64,000 nt of DNA, taken from contig OX597821.1 of the NCBI GenBank assembly GCA_951406725.2, forward strand, positions 72,044,001 to 72,108,000. Reading direction: 5' to 3'. The position numbers and the translations under genes were made by a program. Below, one piece after another: positions 27,342 through 41,115 of this stretch; within the stretch, counting starts at the first letter, position 1, and every line of letters begins with the position of its first letter. Source of the DNA: Octopus vulgaris (taxonomy: Eukaryota). The notes below the pieces were generated by a model that saw only the letters and a program-made list of their open reading frames with translations, ran no database searches and had not been told where the DNA came from.

Positions 27342-28662
27342 AATGTATATAGATATATACACATCTTAATTCGCCTAAACAAGATTTTAGCATAATATAT
27401 CGTTGCATAAATCGTTACTCATCAACCGGAATAATATTATAAAATTTGGTGACACCTTTATGTATGAATCATATTTCTGGTCAAGGAGGAATCTCCAAAA
27501 AGTGGAAAGGACAGACATCAGAGATGAACGGTTTGCGTGTATATTGTAAATATTCTGTCTCAGACAGGCAGTAACAGCTCGAGTGATTGGCTAAGGAAGG
27601 CTTTAAAATGCCCAGGATCTGTCTATACGGAAAATATGTAGAGGGAGCATCTTGGTTTGTCTCCATGAATCATTCTTCAGGGAGAAGGTTTAAATAACTA
27701 ATTAAGAGTTAAATAGAATTATGGCAAATGTCTGTAAGAAAAATCGGACAGAAGACAAAACTCCAAAATATACAGATGAAGAAAAATGTGTGTGTGTGTA
27801 TGTGTGCAGTTATAGTATATATTTCATTTCCAAAACTTGTGTGTGTGCATACACAAAGTCATAAACACGTGTATGTGTGCACGTATACATATGTGTGTAT
27901 ATGTATGTGTATATATATATGTATGCACCTACAAACGCACATACATATACGTAGACACAACATGCAAGCGTGCAGACGCACACACACATATAAATATAGG
28001 ATAGAGGAGAAATAATAGGCCATTCTGTGATAGACATATTAAAAATGATGTCTGACAAATCTAATTACATTCACACAATCTGACGAGTGTCAAATATTGA
28101 AACGAAACCTCGATGTGGTCCACCTTTCGTTTTTTATTACTTTTAAATGTTTTTTTATCCTCTGTGATTTCAACATGTCAGAATTAATAGGACTGGCACT
28201 GCTCACGCATTTTCGAGTGTTGTGTGTTGATGGGGAAATGTGTGGAGGCAAAGTTTCCCGCTTTGATCCATTTCTTATTGTTTTGTTCCAGATCAGATCT
28301 GATCAAGCATACCTATGTTAATAGGTTTATCCATCCGTGACCCTCACAAACATTTTTTTGCATTTCAAAGTTGTTATCTGCGATCACATTATCTCATATC
28401 TAGGTCTAATCCTTCTTTTTATTTATTTTCTTTATTTTGAAGACAATACCGTATGATTTCAGATCAAAAACGGATCGAACAACCTCTAAGATTCAACATT
28501 CCAACATTAATCAATATTGACACAAACCCTTCCACAGACCAATGAATCTCTGCTGGAAGTTCGATCCATGTATAAAAAACAACAGATGAGGTTCCATAAA
28601 AGCTTAAGGGACTACAAATCTCAAAGGTAAAAATGCTTAAACTTTAAATAGCTGTGTGCGTG

Positions 28663-28699
<37 letters not shown>

Positions 28700-28924
28700 A
28701 TTGTGTATATATAAATGTGTGTTTTTGTGTGAACGCATGTGTGTATGTGCGCGCGTTTGTGTGTGCGTGTGTACAAGATGTCTGATAGAATGCCTTATGG
28801 TATCCGCTTCAGATCACTGCACACTGTTTCAAATCTTTCTGAGGTCAACGCTTCCTTTTTTGAGGGGTCGATAAAGCACCAATTCAGCTGTATGGTCTAT
28901 TAATCCCATCCGTTCCATCTCTCT

Positions 28925-28994
<70 letters not shown>

Positions 28995-29187
28995 TCTCTA
29001 ACTGGACTATGTCTGTAATTCAAATCCCCAGCCTTGTCACATTGTCAGAACGATTCAGCCAAAGAAATACACGTGTCTATGGAATACTCAACCGATTGGA
29101 CGTTTACTCCACGCGTAGGAACTGATTTGCTCAAATAAATGAAAGCTTATCTCTCAGACCGTCTGGGAAACCTTTATATATATATAT

Positions 29188-30508
29188 ACTAGCAGAGATA
29201 CCCGGCGTTGCCCGGTTACATTCGTTTGAAGAATTAGACTTTTCTGTTATATTTTCTGTAATGAACTGGAATATCTATGTTTCGAATTTCATCAAAATTG
29301 CAGATGAGGGTTATTTCCCTCTTTACACACCCTAAAAAAATTGTAATCGTGCCACATGTATCCCATACTACTGATTTTTATGCGCATATTCCGGAATTCC
29401 ACTCTTATTGAACCTGTTAAAAAGATTTTGCACCTGAGAAATGAAGGCCATAGAGCTCTAAAATGTGAGAGTTAAGGCCCCTGTTGGGGGTGGGCATCTT
29501 AACGTCAACCAGAGAAGTTGAATTCTTGAGAATCTTTTTAACTTGGGTCTTATATCTATTATTTGAATTTCTTTGAAATAAGAAATATATGTTTACTGGG
29601 TAAGTAAAAGAGAGCAAAGCTACAGGAAGCCAAAAGACGAATGATCACAATAAGAAGTCAGCTACCCTACCCTAGTCGTTACCACTCCCAATGTAGGATT
29701 CCTCACCATCTAGGTGACAGGCACAACCGTAAGCTGCATTACGAATCTATAGCAATTGGAAGGGCGTGACCCAACTGAAATAAACATTAACAAGTGTGTG
29801 ACGTGAGGGCTAAGGAGAAACTAAAGTGTCACCTCTGGAGTTTGCAAATGACCACTATACTGATACGTAACTGGACAGAATAAATTTAAAATCTATAAAT
29901 GTCTGTGAAAAACCAGTCACTCATCTGGGAAAGCCTTGAAATTAATGTTACCATCTGGGGACTATGTGTGACCGAGTTATAATAAAAAGACTGAAAGGAG
30001 GTCTGCAATCAAATAACTTTACTCAACACTTTGCAACTGAATCAGTGGAGGCAAAGGTGCCTCTCATTTACTTGACAATTTATGCACCACATTGCAGAAA
30101 TCACAATGTAAGTGTATGTCAAAGCAAAGTGTTACACTGTTGTACCATTGAATTAGAAATAATGCCCAACTTTTATGCTCGGGTAATCCTACAGCTTACA
30201 AGAGTACAACTGTATTCGTTTTTGCTTAGATAAAATGACAAAATTGTGGGTGTTAAGTCCCCATGGAGAGGTCTTTCTAACTTGTAAGAAGATGAAATTT
30301 TATAAATATTACTTCATTTGTGTCTAATATCTATGGTTAAACTTTTCATCAACAGCAAAAATATATGAATTGTCATGGAGGTTATGGCCCTTATGCATAG
30401 AATGTAATTTCCAAATTTCATAAAGATCCATTCAGTAACTTTGACCTAGTTTTGGAACATAAAAGAAATTACTAAACTTTCGGAGTTAAGGCTCCCATTA
30501 GGGTATTA
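29188..30508 (+). mobile_element. Non-autonomous Helentron/HINE-like element
   Basis: Starts ACTAGCAGAGATACCCGGCGTTGCCCGG, resembling Helentron-type ends; internal AATTTCAT.AA motifs; flanked by (TA)n at both ends. Confidence 0.5.
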
Positions 30509-30737
30509 TATATATATATATATAAATAAAAATTCATGAAATGCTACTTCACCATACTTATTATTATTTATATTAATAACTCCAGGAAGCTATTATTCAT
30601 ATATATAATTCCATGCGCCAATGATATAGGGAACATCGGAGTTACTATATGATTCCGAGTTCAGTCCCACCAAAGCCTAGTGAGTGGATTTGGTAGACGG
30701 AAACTGAAAGAAACCCATTGTCTATATGTGTGTCTGA

Positions 30738-30775
<38 letters not shown>

Positions 30776-30785
30776 ATATATATAT

Positions 30786-30928
30786 ATGTGTATATTCAAA
30801 GGGCAAGACCACTATGTAGTCGGCCGTATGCTAGAAATAGATCACCTACGATCGTAGTTTGATCGTAGGTGATCTCTTTCTAGCATACGGCCGACTACCT
30901 AGTGGTCTTGCCCTTTGAATATACACAT
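30786..30928. repeat. Near-perfect hairpin, about 68-bp arms with 7-nt loop
   Basis: ATGTGTATATTCAAAGGGCAAGACCACTA...CACCTACGATC gtagttt GATCGTAGGTG...TAGTGGTCTTGCCCTTTGAATATACACAT. Confidence 0.95.
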
Positions 30929-31023
30929 GTATTAGAATTTTTCTGATTTTTCAGATTTTTGTATGCTAGGCTACTGGTTTTAAATTGATATTAATTAAAT
31001 TAATATTAAATTTATCTCCCTCA

Positions 31024-31078
<55 letters not shown>

Positions 31079-31082
<4 letters not shown>

Positions 31083-31697
31083 TGTTACATTACTCGGTAG
31101 TCAAGATAAAACTCTGAGTTTCAGATGCCGAAGTGGAAATCCACAACACCATCTCTTCGGTTATCTGGCTATTTGAAAACGTTATGAAAAAATACCGTTA
31201 AAAATGAAGGGAAATTACTCTGTTATAACTCTGCTTTGCCTGCGTACTTATACATCGCTCGCATTTTTCGTCATAAAAATTATATAAAATACATAAAAAT
31301 ATATAAAAATATATAAAAAATATATAAAATCTTCTTGGGACATAACACAGAAAGCATGTTCTATCCGTTTTCTTTAGGGGACCAAAAACGTAACAGAAAT
31401 TTAGTCACATGTGGGCATGATCTTTCTGTGTTATGTCCCAAGAAGATTTTATATATTTTTTATATATTTTTATATATTTTTATGTATTTTATATAATTTT
31501 TATGACGAAAAATGCGAGCGATGTATAAGTACGCAGGCAAAGCAGAGTTATAACAGAGTAATTTCCCTTCATTTTTAACGGTATTTTTTCATAACGTTTT
31601 CAAATAGCCAGATAACCGAAGAGATGGTGTTGTGGATTTCCACTTCGGCATCTGAAACTCAGAGTTTTATCTTGACTACCGAGTAATGTAACATATT
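31079..31697. repeat. 276-bp apparently perfect inverted repeat with 67-nt spacer
   Basis: 31079-31354 is the reverse complement of 31422-31697. Confidence 0.95.
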
Positions 31698-31770
31698 GTA
31701 TAGATAAATTTCCTCTATTTACATAATATTGAGGTCTCTTTCTTTCTTTTGTTATCTTACCGTTTTATCA

Positions 31771-31844
<74 letters not shown>

Positions 31845-32064
31845 CCAACGAATCTAGTCAACACACAAGACAGCCATTATGCTCCCCCCCCCCCCCCCCA
31901 CAAAACTCCACAACGTGGACTAGCAAGAAACAATTATGAACTTTTTTATTACACCAAACATTTAAAAATATTTTTGATAAGGTTCGATTTTTCAAGAAGA
32001 ACCGAAACACGTAAGATCTCTAAGAAAATTAAAATTCATCTTATATAGTAGCGTTTTGAAACTT

Positions 32065-32159
<95 letters not shown>

Positions 32160-32200
32160 ATGGGAAAAAGTCAAGGTAGAAAATGCTAAAATATGCTAAA

Positions 32201-32236
32201 TGTACCGGTTTCAGTCATTGAGACTTCTTCAACTGT
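32201..32236 (-). ncRNA. Minimal hammerhead-like motif
   Basis: Minus strand: TTGAAGA AGTC tcaat GACT GAAA CCGG TA; palindromic ACCGGT stem III; stem I poor. Confidence 0.6.
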
Positions 32237-32411
32237 AAGCCTGGAAAACAATTAAATTTTGGAAGAATTAAATGAAAAGTTTTTTTAAAGGAATATTTGC
32301 ATAGTATTTAAATACAAAGGACATTTTCCTTGTTTCTGCCTGTCTCTGTCTCTCTTGTTTACTCTTGTGGGTTCGAAGTCGTTGTGAATTCTTGGCAGAG
32401 AAGAAGAAGAA

Positions 32412-32456
<45 letters not shown>

Positions 32457-32674
32457 TAAGAAGAAGAAGAAGAAGAAGAAGGAGAAGAAGAAGAAGAAGA
32501 AGAAGAAGAAGAAGAAGAAGAAGAAGAAGAAGAAGAAGAAGAAGAAGAAGAAGAAGAAGAAGAAGAATGCGGGAGTGCTTTGATAGTAGTAGGATGTTAA
32601 ATAGATGTGATTGAATTCTTGAGATAGCTCTTTTGAATGCATTGTTTATATTATATCTACATCTATATATCACC

Positions 32675-32974
32675 ATCATCACGTGACTGACCAGTCTATC
32701 AGATGTAGTTACCCATCGCTGGTCACAATGCGTTTGCATTGTTTTAGCCTTCGAATGACGCCACCCCGCTGGCTAAGCGAGCAGGCCAACAGAAGAAAGA
32801 GTGGGAGAAAGAGTGGTGAAAGAGTACAGCAGGGATCACCACCTCCTGCCGGAGCCTCGTGGAGCTTTTAGGTTTTTTCGCTCAATAAACACTCACAACG
32901 CCCGGTCTGGGAATCGAAACCGCGATCCTACGACCGCGAGTTCGCTGCCCTAACCACTAGGCCATTGCGCCTCC
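32675..32974 (-). mobile_element. SINE family B head with alternative 3' body
   Basis: Reverse complement of GGAGGCGCAATGGCCTAGTGGTTAGGGCAGCG; diverges from the 2140 copy after about 170 nt. Confidence 0.85.
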
Positions 32975-32977
32975 ACA

Positions 32978-33092
<115 letters not shown>

Positions 33093-33577
33093 CGAACTAA
33101 AGTGTAAAAGTTATATTATTAAAAAAAATAAATAATTAAACTAACTAGACCTACCAGTCATTCTTTCTTTTTCCAAATATGTGTGTGTGTATGTGTAAGT
33201 ATATATGTATGTATGTATCATACAAGATCGTGTGTGTGTGTTTGCTTTATGTATGTGTGTATGTGTCCGTATTTGCGTGAGTGCAGTTATGTTCTATTGA
33301 TTCGATTCTCTCACAGGAATGGATTTAGTTTCCTCTTCGCCCCTATTTGATCGTTTCAAATTTTTTCTTTGCTCTAATTTGCAACTTTAACGAAAAGATA
33401 AAAGAAAAGGAAATATCTTAATCAATATTTTAATGTAATGTAATTATAATTTTATATCTTAAGATTTTTATCACAACTTTAAAAACACCAATTAATTCAT
33501 ATTAATGAGATTTTGGATTTATACTAAAGTTCATTAATTTTACATCCCGTAACACTTCGATATTAAGGAAGAAAAAT

Positions 33578-33806
33578 TGGTGAAACTAAAGGGTTTGACT
33601 CGAGCAAAAAAAAAAGAAAAAAGTAGTGTAATAGATATAAAGCAACTTGCTCGAAACGAATATGAAAAAAATGCGCGCTGGAGAACGGGGGTGGGGGTGG
33701 GGGAGAGGACTCGAAAAGTTCACATCGTCAGACCATGACCTTTAAACTCTAGCATTTGACCCGAGCAAAAGAAAAATTATTTAATAGTGTAATAGGTGTA
33801 AAACAA
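33578..33806. repeat. Left arm of long inverted repeat (partner 37751-37972)
   Basis: AAACTAAAGGGTTTGAC.CGAGCAAAA ... CACATCGTCAGAC.ATGACCTTTAAACTCTAG reverse-complements 37751-37972. Confidence 0.85.
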
Positions 33807-33989
33807 CTTGCTCTAAACAAATGTGGAAAAAATGTGTGCTCTCGAACGTGGGGTGCATATGCACACACACATATGTCTGCGTTATTTGCAAGCAATGCAC
33901 ATATATAGAGAGTAGGCTAGAAATAATTATATATAAATAAATATATATATACATACATACGCACATACATACATACATACATACATGCA

Positions 33990-34053
<64 letters not shown>

Positions 34054-34426
34054 TTAGTGCAGTGTATATGCGAAGTTAGATCAGTAATCCCTCCTTGACA
34101 TAGGAAAATTTATTTAGGGATTACTATTGATTTTAAAAATAGATATAGGAGACACAAGAATTCATTTATTCACCCCAATAAAAAAAATTCCACGACATTA
34201 GCATCATACATTAAACATCTAAAAGAGTCTAACATTGAGTATAATTAAAGGTGGTTGATAATTACTGAATCAACACCATAGAAGACACATACTAAATCTT
34301 GTAGGTTTCGCATAAAGGAATTGAGTAGCATCGACACCGAGTACTCATTCTATCGGTCTCTTTTGTGAAGCTGTTAATTTATGGAGACGTAAACATGCCA
34401 ACATTAGTTGGCAAGCAATGTATATA

Positions 34427-34493
<67 letters not shown>

Positions 34494-35169
34494 TGTAAAT
34501 GCATATATATATATACATATATGTACATACCTACATATATATATATATATACATACATGCATATATGGGTACAGGACGTCAAAATAAACGTGAACAAAAT
34601 GAAAAGCGAGGACATAAAAAACAATTACATGGAAAACGAATTTTTTTTCGAACAGCGAAAGAAACAAACAGAGAAACGAGACAGGCAACATAAAGAATAA
34701 TCCCTGCATCAGTTGTCCTCTGTTTTATCTACTCCGCGTTCGAATGTTGAGACAAGACGTGACTTCGTTGAAACAGTCCTTCCCGCAAAGCAAATTAAAT
34801 AAATTTTGGGATTTGCGAAGAGTTAAAGTGGTAACGAAAACAGAACAGTAAGAACAAAACAGTAAAAACAAACGGTAAAGGCTGCTAAGCCGTGAAGTGG
34901 TGAACGCTGGAGAAATGAGCTTTGACAGGAGAGAGGCAAAAGCGTGTCTTATCTCTTGTAAAGCAAGAGGAAAAGGGGAAATAGCCGCTGGTCACGTATG
35001 AGCAACGAGAGAGTGAAGGAGGAAGAGCGAGAGAAAGAGGAAGAGAGAGGGGAGGAGAGAAAGAGAACAGTGAAGAGAGAGGAGAAGAAAAACAAAAAAG
35101 AAGGAAAAATAATAGAGGGAGAATAGAGATAGTTGTAGAGCGCGCATCAGAATTATTAAGACAAAACTT

Positions 35170-37060
35170 ACTTGGAAATTGATGTGTGGTGTTCGATCAT
35201 ATAATGATATAAATTACTTCCCCCTCTTGAGCAGCCAACATACAGTTGTCCATACGAGAAGCAGGGCTCTTCCAAGAGAAGACTAGTCACAGAGAGGGTT
35301 TGACCCTGAGATTTGTTAATGGACATGGCAAAACGAAGGGGAAATTGCAGTCATATGAACGTAAATGGGATTTCTGCTCCTGATGGAGTAAGAGGAATTC
35401 TTGGAATGAAGACATCAAAATTTTATCCACATCCAGAAAGAATGATAGCCATAACCTTTGAAATCATTTTCTTTATCATCAGTCGTGTACCATTGCAAAG
35501 TTTTGGTGGTTCCAGATTGCGAAGTAGCATTACAGGAGTTCCAAATTTAAGTGCTAATATATGGGGACGTATTCCAGGAGGCTCCAACGAATTGAGAAAT
35601 TCAGGAGGATAGTTCACCACTTCATTTTTATCTGGAATTGTATCAACAGACTTGTAAGTGTGTATAGTGCCGGGAAGAGAATGCATTAGCTGTTGATTAA
35701 TTTTGTTAACAGCGACGTGTTTTTGGAGAGAATATTGCTCTTTCACACTGCCAATTGTGATTTTGGTGGTTTTGTGTGAAGTTGGGAAAGACTTTGTTTT
35801 TGAGGCCATCTACAGAATTAACAACAGAGGAAAATGGCACACTTCCATTTCTCCTGCAGCGTCAAGAGGCACTTGCCATCACCAAGTGTCAAAATGTTCA
35901 GTTCAAACTTTGCGGACATTTGGAGCTCTCATGTTAGTGGTAAGACTGGGGATCGTAACATGATGCCACAGAGCAGAGGACTATAGGCATGCTTGGACCT
36001 GCTGTAGTGCCTTTCGGAATGACAGGAAGAGTTTGCCTGAAATCACCTGACAACAGAAGCGTTACACCTCCCATTAGAGCCTGACAGTCTCGGATGTCTT
36101 TCAGGGCTCTGTCTAATGCTTCCAAAGCTCCCTTGTGAGCAATGGTGCACTCATCCCAAACGATTAGATGACACCTTTTAAATATCTGCCCCTGATCCGA
36201 GCTTTTGCTGATGTTGCATGAAGGAATCTCGGATGCTGCTAAATTGAGAGGGAGTTTAAAAGTCGAGTGTGCTGTCCTACCACCGGGTAACAAAGTAGCT
36301 GCAATCCCAAAGGAAACCACACATACCACGATGTCCTGGTGCTGCCTAACTTTGCAAGGAGAAGCTTCGTAATAAATGTTTATCCTGTCCCTCCAGGAGC
36401 ATCAAGGAAGAAGATTCGTCCCTCGTGTTGGCGTACACTGTTAAGAATAGTTCTGTAGGCCTGCAGCTGGTCCAGAAGTAATTTAGGCTCGTTTTCAACA
36501 ATGTACTTTGAAAGCGCTTCAGTGTCGTAGGTTGTTTCACGAATGGCAGCAGTGAGAAGGCTATTTAATCCTGACCTGAATGTTTGTGGAAGGCCATATG
36601 TGGACAGTTCATTTCCACCCAGTGTAGCAATTCTGTCTTCAAGGTCAGTGAGAGTTTTGTTGTAGACTTCATTGCTGATATCCTCCGTGTCAGGATAGAG
36701 CAGTTGAGCTTGCCGCTTAAAGTCTTCAGCCAGGTTGTCTCTGTATTTGAGCCATAGAGTGGCAGGATCACACAGTTCGCATGTCTGTAGTCATACTGCA
36801 AATAGTGCCCTGAGACTTGTAGGTGATTCTAATAAAGCTGCCTCTCCCAAAGTTGCATCCCACTGTGCACCGTCTTCTAACAGACCTTGTCGATAGCAGG
36901 TTTCTTGTATATTGTGCAGACATGTCCATGAACGGTTTTTAGTGCAAGAAAACACGTTGGCCCTCTGACCTCATGCAGTAGTAGATGGAGGTAGAAGCAC
37001 TCTTGTTGAGTGAGATGTACTGTGTATACTTGCCCAAGGCAAGTGTCAAACTTAATGCCA
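35170..37060 (-). pseudogene. Helitron RepHel relic (C-terminal Rep region plus PIF1-like helicase)
   Basis: LLLHEVRGPT.F..LKTV.G, SFGIAATLLPGGRTAHSTFKLP, IVWDECT, LLSGDFRQTLPVI, PEFLNSLEPPG.RPH.L.LK.G.PVMLLRNL, FAMSINKSQGQTL; many frameshifts. Confidence 0.92.
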
Positions 37061-37750
37061 GAGTAATGTGAGATAGTACTTTCACTTTGAAAGAAGTCTG
37101 TTCTATACATAAATATATTCCTTATGCATTCCAAAACGAGTTACAGATTTTGACGTATGGAGTATCAAAAGATTCAGTGCTATTTCGGCTACAAATTAAA
37201 CTTAATTTCTATTCACATATTTGCATTTCAAAAATTTAACATTATAATCTTTTCCATAAATCAACTCAACTATCGTAAACATTTGACACGATGACATCTA
37301 TATGTGTGTGTACCTTAAAAGACATCAATCATCACGACACATGCCTTCACTCACTCACTCTATCTCTCTTTGTCACTCTCTTTCTCTCTCACATACACAT
37401 GCAAACGCACGCACACACACACACACACGCCCATTGCATATAGACACATACATCTTTCACTTTCATTATGTAGAAGACAGAATCGTAAAAGTTTTGTGCA
37501 CAAGTTTTTGTTTTCATAGTATAGATAATTTTTTAGTCTGAAATGCCACCTTCGGCCTCCAGGGTGCGTTGCCCGGCTTGAGGCCATGGTTGAAAACACT
37601 TACTTTGGAACAGAAGTGGGAGAGGAACAGGACAATTCATATGATCCGATTTTTTCCCTACAGAAAATGGATATTCTTCCCAACTACACGGTTCCGAGCA
37701 CAGTCACACTGCATGGCACCTTGGTCAAACACTGGAATTTAAAGGACATA

Positions 37751-37972
37751 TTGTTGTATACCTATTACACTATTAAAATTTTTTTTTTTGCTCGGGTCAA
37801 ACACTAGAGTTTAAAGGTCATTGTCTGACGATGTGAATTTTCCGAGTCCTCTCCCCCCACCCCCCGTTTGCGAGCGCGCACTTTTTTTCATATTCGTTTC
37901 GAGCAAGTTGTTTTACATCTATTACACCATTTTTTTTTCTTTTTGCTCGGGTCAAACCCTTTAGTTTGACCG
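37751..37972. repeat. Right arm of long inverted repeat (partner 33578-33806)
   Basis: Reverse complement of the left arm, including its internal duplicated subunit. Confidence 0.85.
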
Positions 37973-38106
37973 AAAAATCTTCAACGTTACTGGATTGAAA
38001 TTTCGTTTTATTGTTTCGGTCATTAATAAGATATCATTATGAAACAATATCTTTGTTTCGTGTGTATTTGCAAAATCTATGCCTGTATGATCACTGTTTG
38101 AATATA

Positions 38107-38262
38107 GGCGCTGGCGTGGCTGGCATATCCCACCCAAATACACCGGGTTAAGTCCCACTGCGTAGCACCTCGGCCAAGTGTCTCTTCTACAATAGCCTCG
38201 GTCCTACAAAAAGCGCTGTCAATGGATTTGGTAGACGGAAATTGAAAGAAGCCTATCGTATA
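38107..38262 (+). mobile_element. SINE family C, 5' half
   Basis: AGTCCCACTGCGTAGCACCTCGGCCAAGTGTC ... GGATTTGGTAGACGGAAATTGAAAGAAGCC. Confidence 0.75.
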
Positions 38263-38299
<37 letters not shown>

Positions 38300-39198
38300 T
38301 GGATGGATGGGCGGATACGCATCCACCATTTCATAACACACAAGTATATGTAAAAACGGATGGTATGATCATGGCCGGAATATTCTTCAACGTTGATCAG
38401 CTTGACCAGGGCAGCAGCGCTACACAGCAAAGACTACTACTACGACTCTCTAGCCGACAAGGTAGCACGTTCTGCTCGAAATAGCAACCATATTTCCCTC
38501 AATTCACACCCTGCCCTTTTTAGTAAAGAAGGATACGTTGAACACTGTTCTCCTTTGTATATATATATATTTTTTAAAAAGGCGGAATAGTCACAGCTGG
38601 GACGCTTTCGATTATAATTATGCTTGATATGCAATGATTTGGGTCACAATAGCAACATGCATAAGACAACCACCACCACCACCACCACCGCCACCACCAC
38701 TACTACTGCAACTCTAATATCTCTATTACTATCACCACCACCACTACTAACACCACCGCCACCACCATCTTCCCAAGCAGCACCACCAACTCGCCAACAC
38801 CATCTACTACAGTCCCAAAACTGATAACAGGTGTGACGTCACTATCGGATGACCGGTTGAAAGAGGATCGTATTACAAGGTTTTTGGTCAAGAGTACACT
38901 TGAGTCAGCGGCTCCAGTATAGACGCCAGAATAACACCAGAGCACAGGATGTTACACCCAGTGGCAAAATGTTCAACAAGCGCCCTCTAACACATAACAT
39001 GATGCGTGTGCGTGTAAATTTGTAAGTATGTATATATTTATGTATGTATGTATGTGTGTATGTATGCGCACGTACAAACACATATGAATTTAGGCGTTTA
39101 TATAAATGTGTCTATATATATACACGCAAATATATACACATATACGCACATTTTAATCCTGGGATAATACGCATACCTACACACATATATATATATAC

Positions 39199-39245
<47 letters not shown>

Positions 39246-39606
39246 AAATGAGAAAATGGAGAAATATATCTAAATCAATCATCAACTATCAGATAATACC
39301 CAATCAATACTTTATTAAACCACTACACAATGGCAATGATATTATACATTAATATAGTACAAATATAACAAGACATAGAAATAGAAATAGAAATACATCG
39401 CAATTTTTAACATTTATGTATTAGCTTTGTTGGGTACTTCTCTAGCAGTATATTGGATATATGTTATCCCATGGAGGGTTGAATTCACAACCCTATCTCA
39501 CTTATATATATATATATATATATATATTTTTATATATATATATATACATATATATATGCATGTATGTGTGTGTATATATATATATATATATATCAAGTAG
39601 GTTCTG

Positions 39607-39648
<42 letters not shown>

Positions 39649-39654
<6 letters not shown>

Positions 39655-40070
39655 TGATGGTTTGTTGACAACTTAATGTTGCGGTCCCAGGAAAGGGAAG
39701 AATGCTACTGCTATTTAACTCCAAGAAACACCGTTTCCAGGTGACCATGTGACACAAGCGTTCTGTGTCCTTACGTTTTCAAACAGGGGAGATAAGCACC
39801 TCCCCCCAGCAAAACCAGCACCCAGAGACTAGTTTCAGAGTCATTGCTCGTCGTCAGTCTGGAGTAGCATGGTTTGTTAGCTGGCGATGCTTATTCACCT
39901 TTGAAAACATATAAATTTCAAGTGAAATACATTCACAGATCTACAAAATTAGAAATATTACATTTCTAAATATCTCAGCTGGAAACTGTCAATCCTGGGG
40001 CTAAATAGCAATAGCATTTTCCCCTTTCCTGGGACTTCCGCATTCAGTTGGCAACATACCATCACTTTAT
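39649..40070. mobile_element. About 420-bp foldback element with a hammerhead at its apex
   Basis: 39649-39744 pairs with 39975-40070 and 39772-39820 with 39868-39912; abuts (TA)n. Confidence 0.8.
39822..39862 (-). ncRNA. Minimal type I hammerhead ribozyme, intact core
   Basis: CCAGA CTGACGA cGAG caatga CTCt GAAA CTAG TC TCTGG: 5-bp stem I, CUGANGA, GAAA, palindromic ACUAGU stem III, GUC triplet. Confidence 0.85.
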
Positions 40071-40123
40071 CGTGCTGCTACTGTATAAATCTCTCTGAGA
40101 GATTTAGAAATGCAATATTTCTA

Positions 40124-40192
<69 letters not shown>

Positions 40193-40199
40193 TAGTTGT

Positions 40200-40460
40200 C
40201 TCTTGTAGTCCTAGGAAGACGGTACTGCAATTTCTTGCCGAACGACCTTGCACAAATGATTCGTTTATAGTGATCAAATGCCTGTGCTGTATATTAGCTA
40301 AGTCCCTGTACATGTGCACAAGTCTACCACGGGTCAGGCGTCGAAGTGATCGCAGAGCAACGCGAGATGAAGTGTTTTGCTCAAGAGCTCAACGCATGAC
40401 TAGGAATTGAAACCTCGATCTCGCAATCGTGAGTGCAATATCCTAACCACTCGGCCATGC
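40200..40460 (-). mobile_element. tRNA-derived SINE (family D); second copy about 54400-54685
   Basis: Minus-strand TGGCCGAGTGGTTAGG ... GGTTTCAATTCC; body shared with 54400-54685. Confidence 0.65.
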
Positions 40461-40627
40461 ATGTGTGTGTGTGTGTATTTGTATACAGACACCACACACA
40501 TACACTCACTTCACACACACACACACATATATATATATATAATTTTGATAACAACGAAACTATTAGCCTTTGAGGCACTTTTGAAAGTTTTCTGTCGACT
40601 ATAAATGTATGTATGTATGTATGTATG

Positions 40628-40658
<31 letters not shown>

Positions 40659-41115
40659 GTATGTATGCATGTATGTTTGTATGTATGTATTAGAAAATAA
40701 TTCATTATTTTTTTTTTCTTTTTCACGTTCAAATTTATGTAAACTATTCCGGCAGCATGTTGTTTAAACCTGACAGGTAATTTTTCCATTTGACTACGTT
40801 TTAAATTTTTTAGAAACTTCACAGCACGACTCCTGCGCCCCCTGGGGTACCAAGAAAATGGACGCAGAAAGACTGAAAGCTTTCATGGAGAAATAGTTGA
40901 ATAGGAGTGGTAGTATGAGGTACAAAGACGTTGTCAGTTTGTCACGTCAATCGCTTGTTTTTTTCTTTCTCTATTCATTCTTTAATCTCTCTCCATCTTT
41001 CTCTTTCTCGTCTTATCTTTTACTCTCTCTCTCTTCCTCTCTTTCTCTCTATTTTTCTCTTCCACTCTCTGTGTCAGTCTCACATATTCTTCTTTTTAAC
41101 TATTACTCAACTTTA

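Noticed and set aside
35423-36329. Host PIF1 helicase gene
   Set aside because: Intronless, frameshifted and preceded by Helitron-specific sequence
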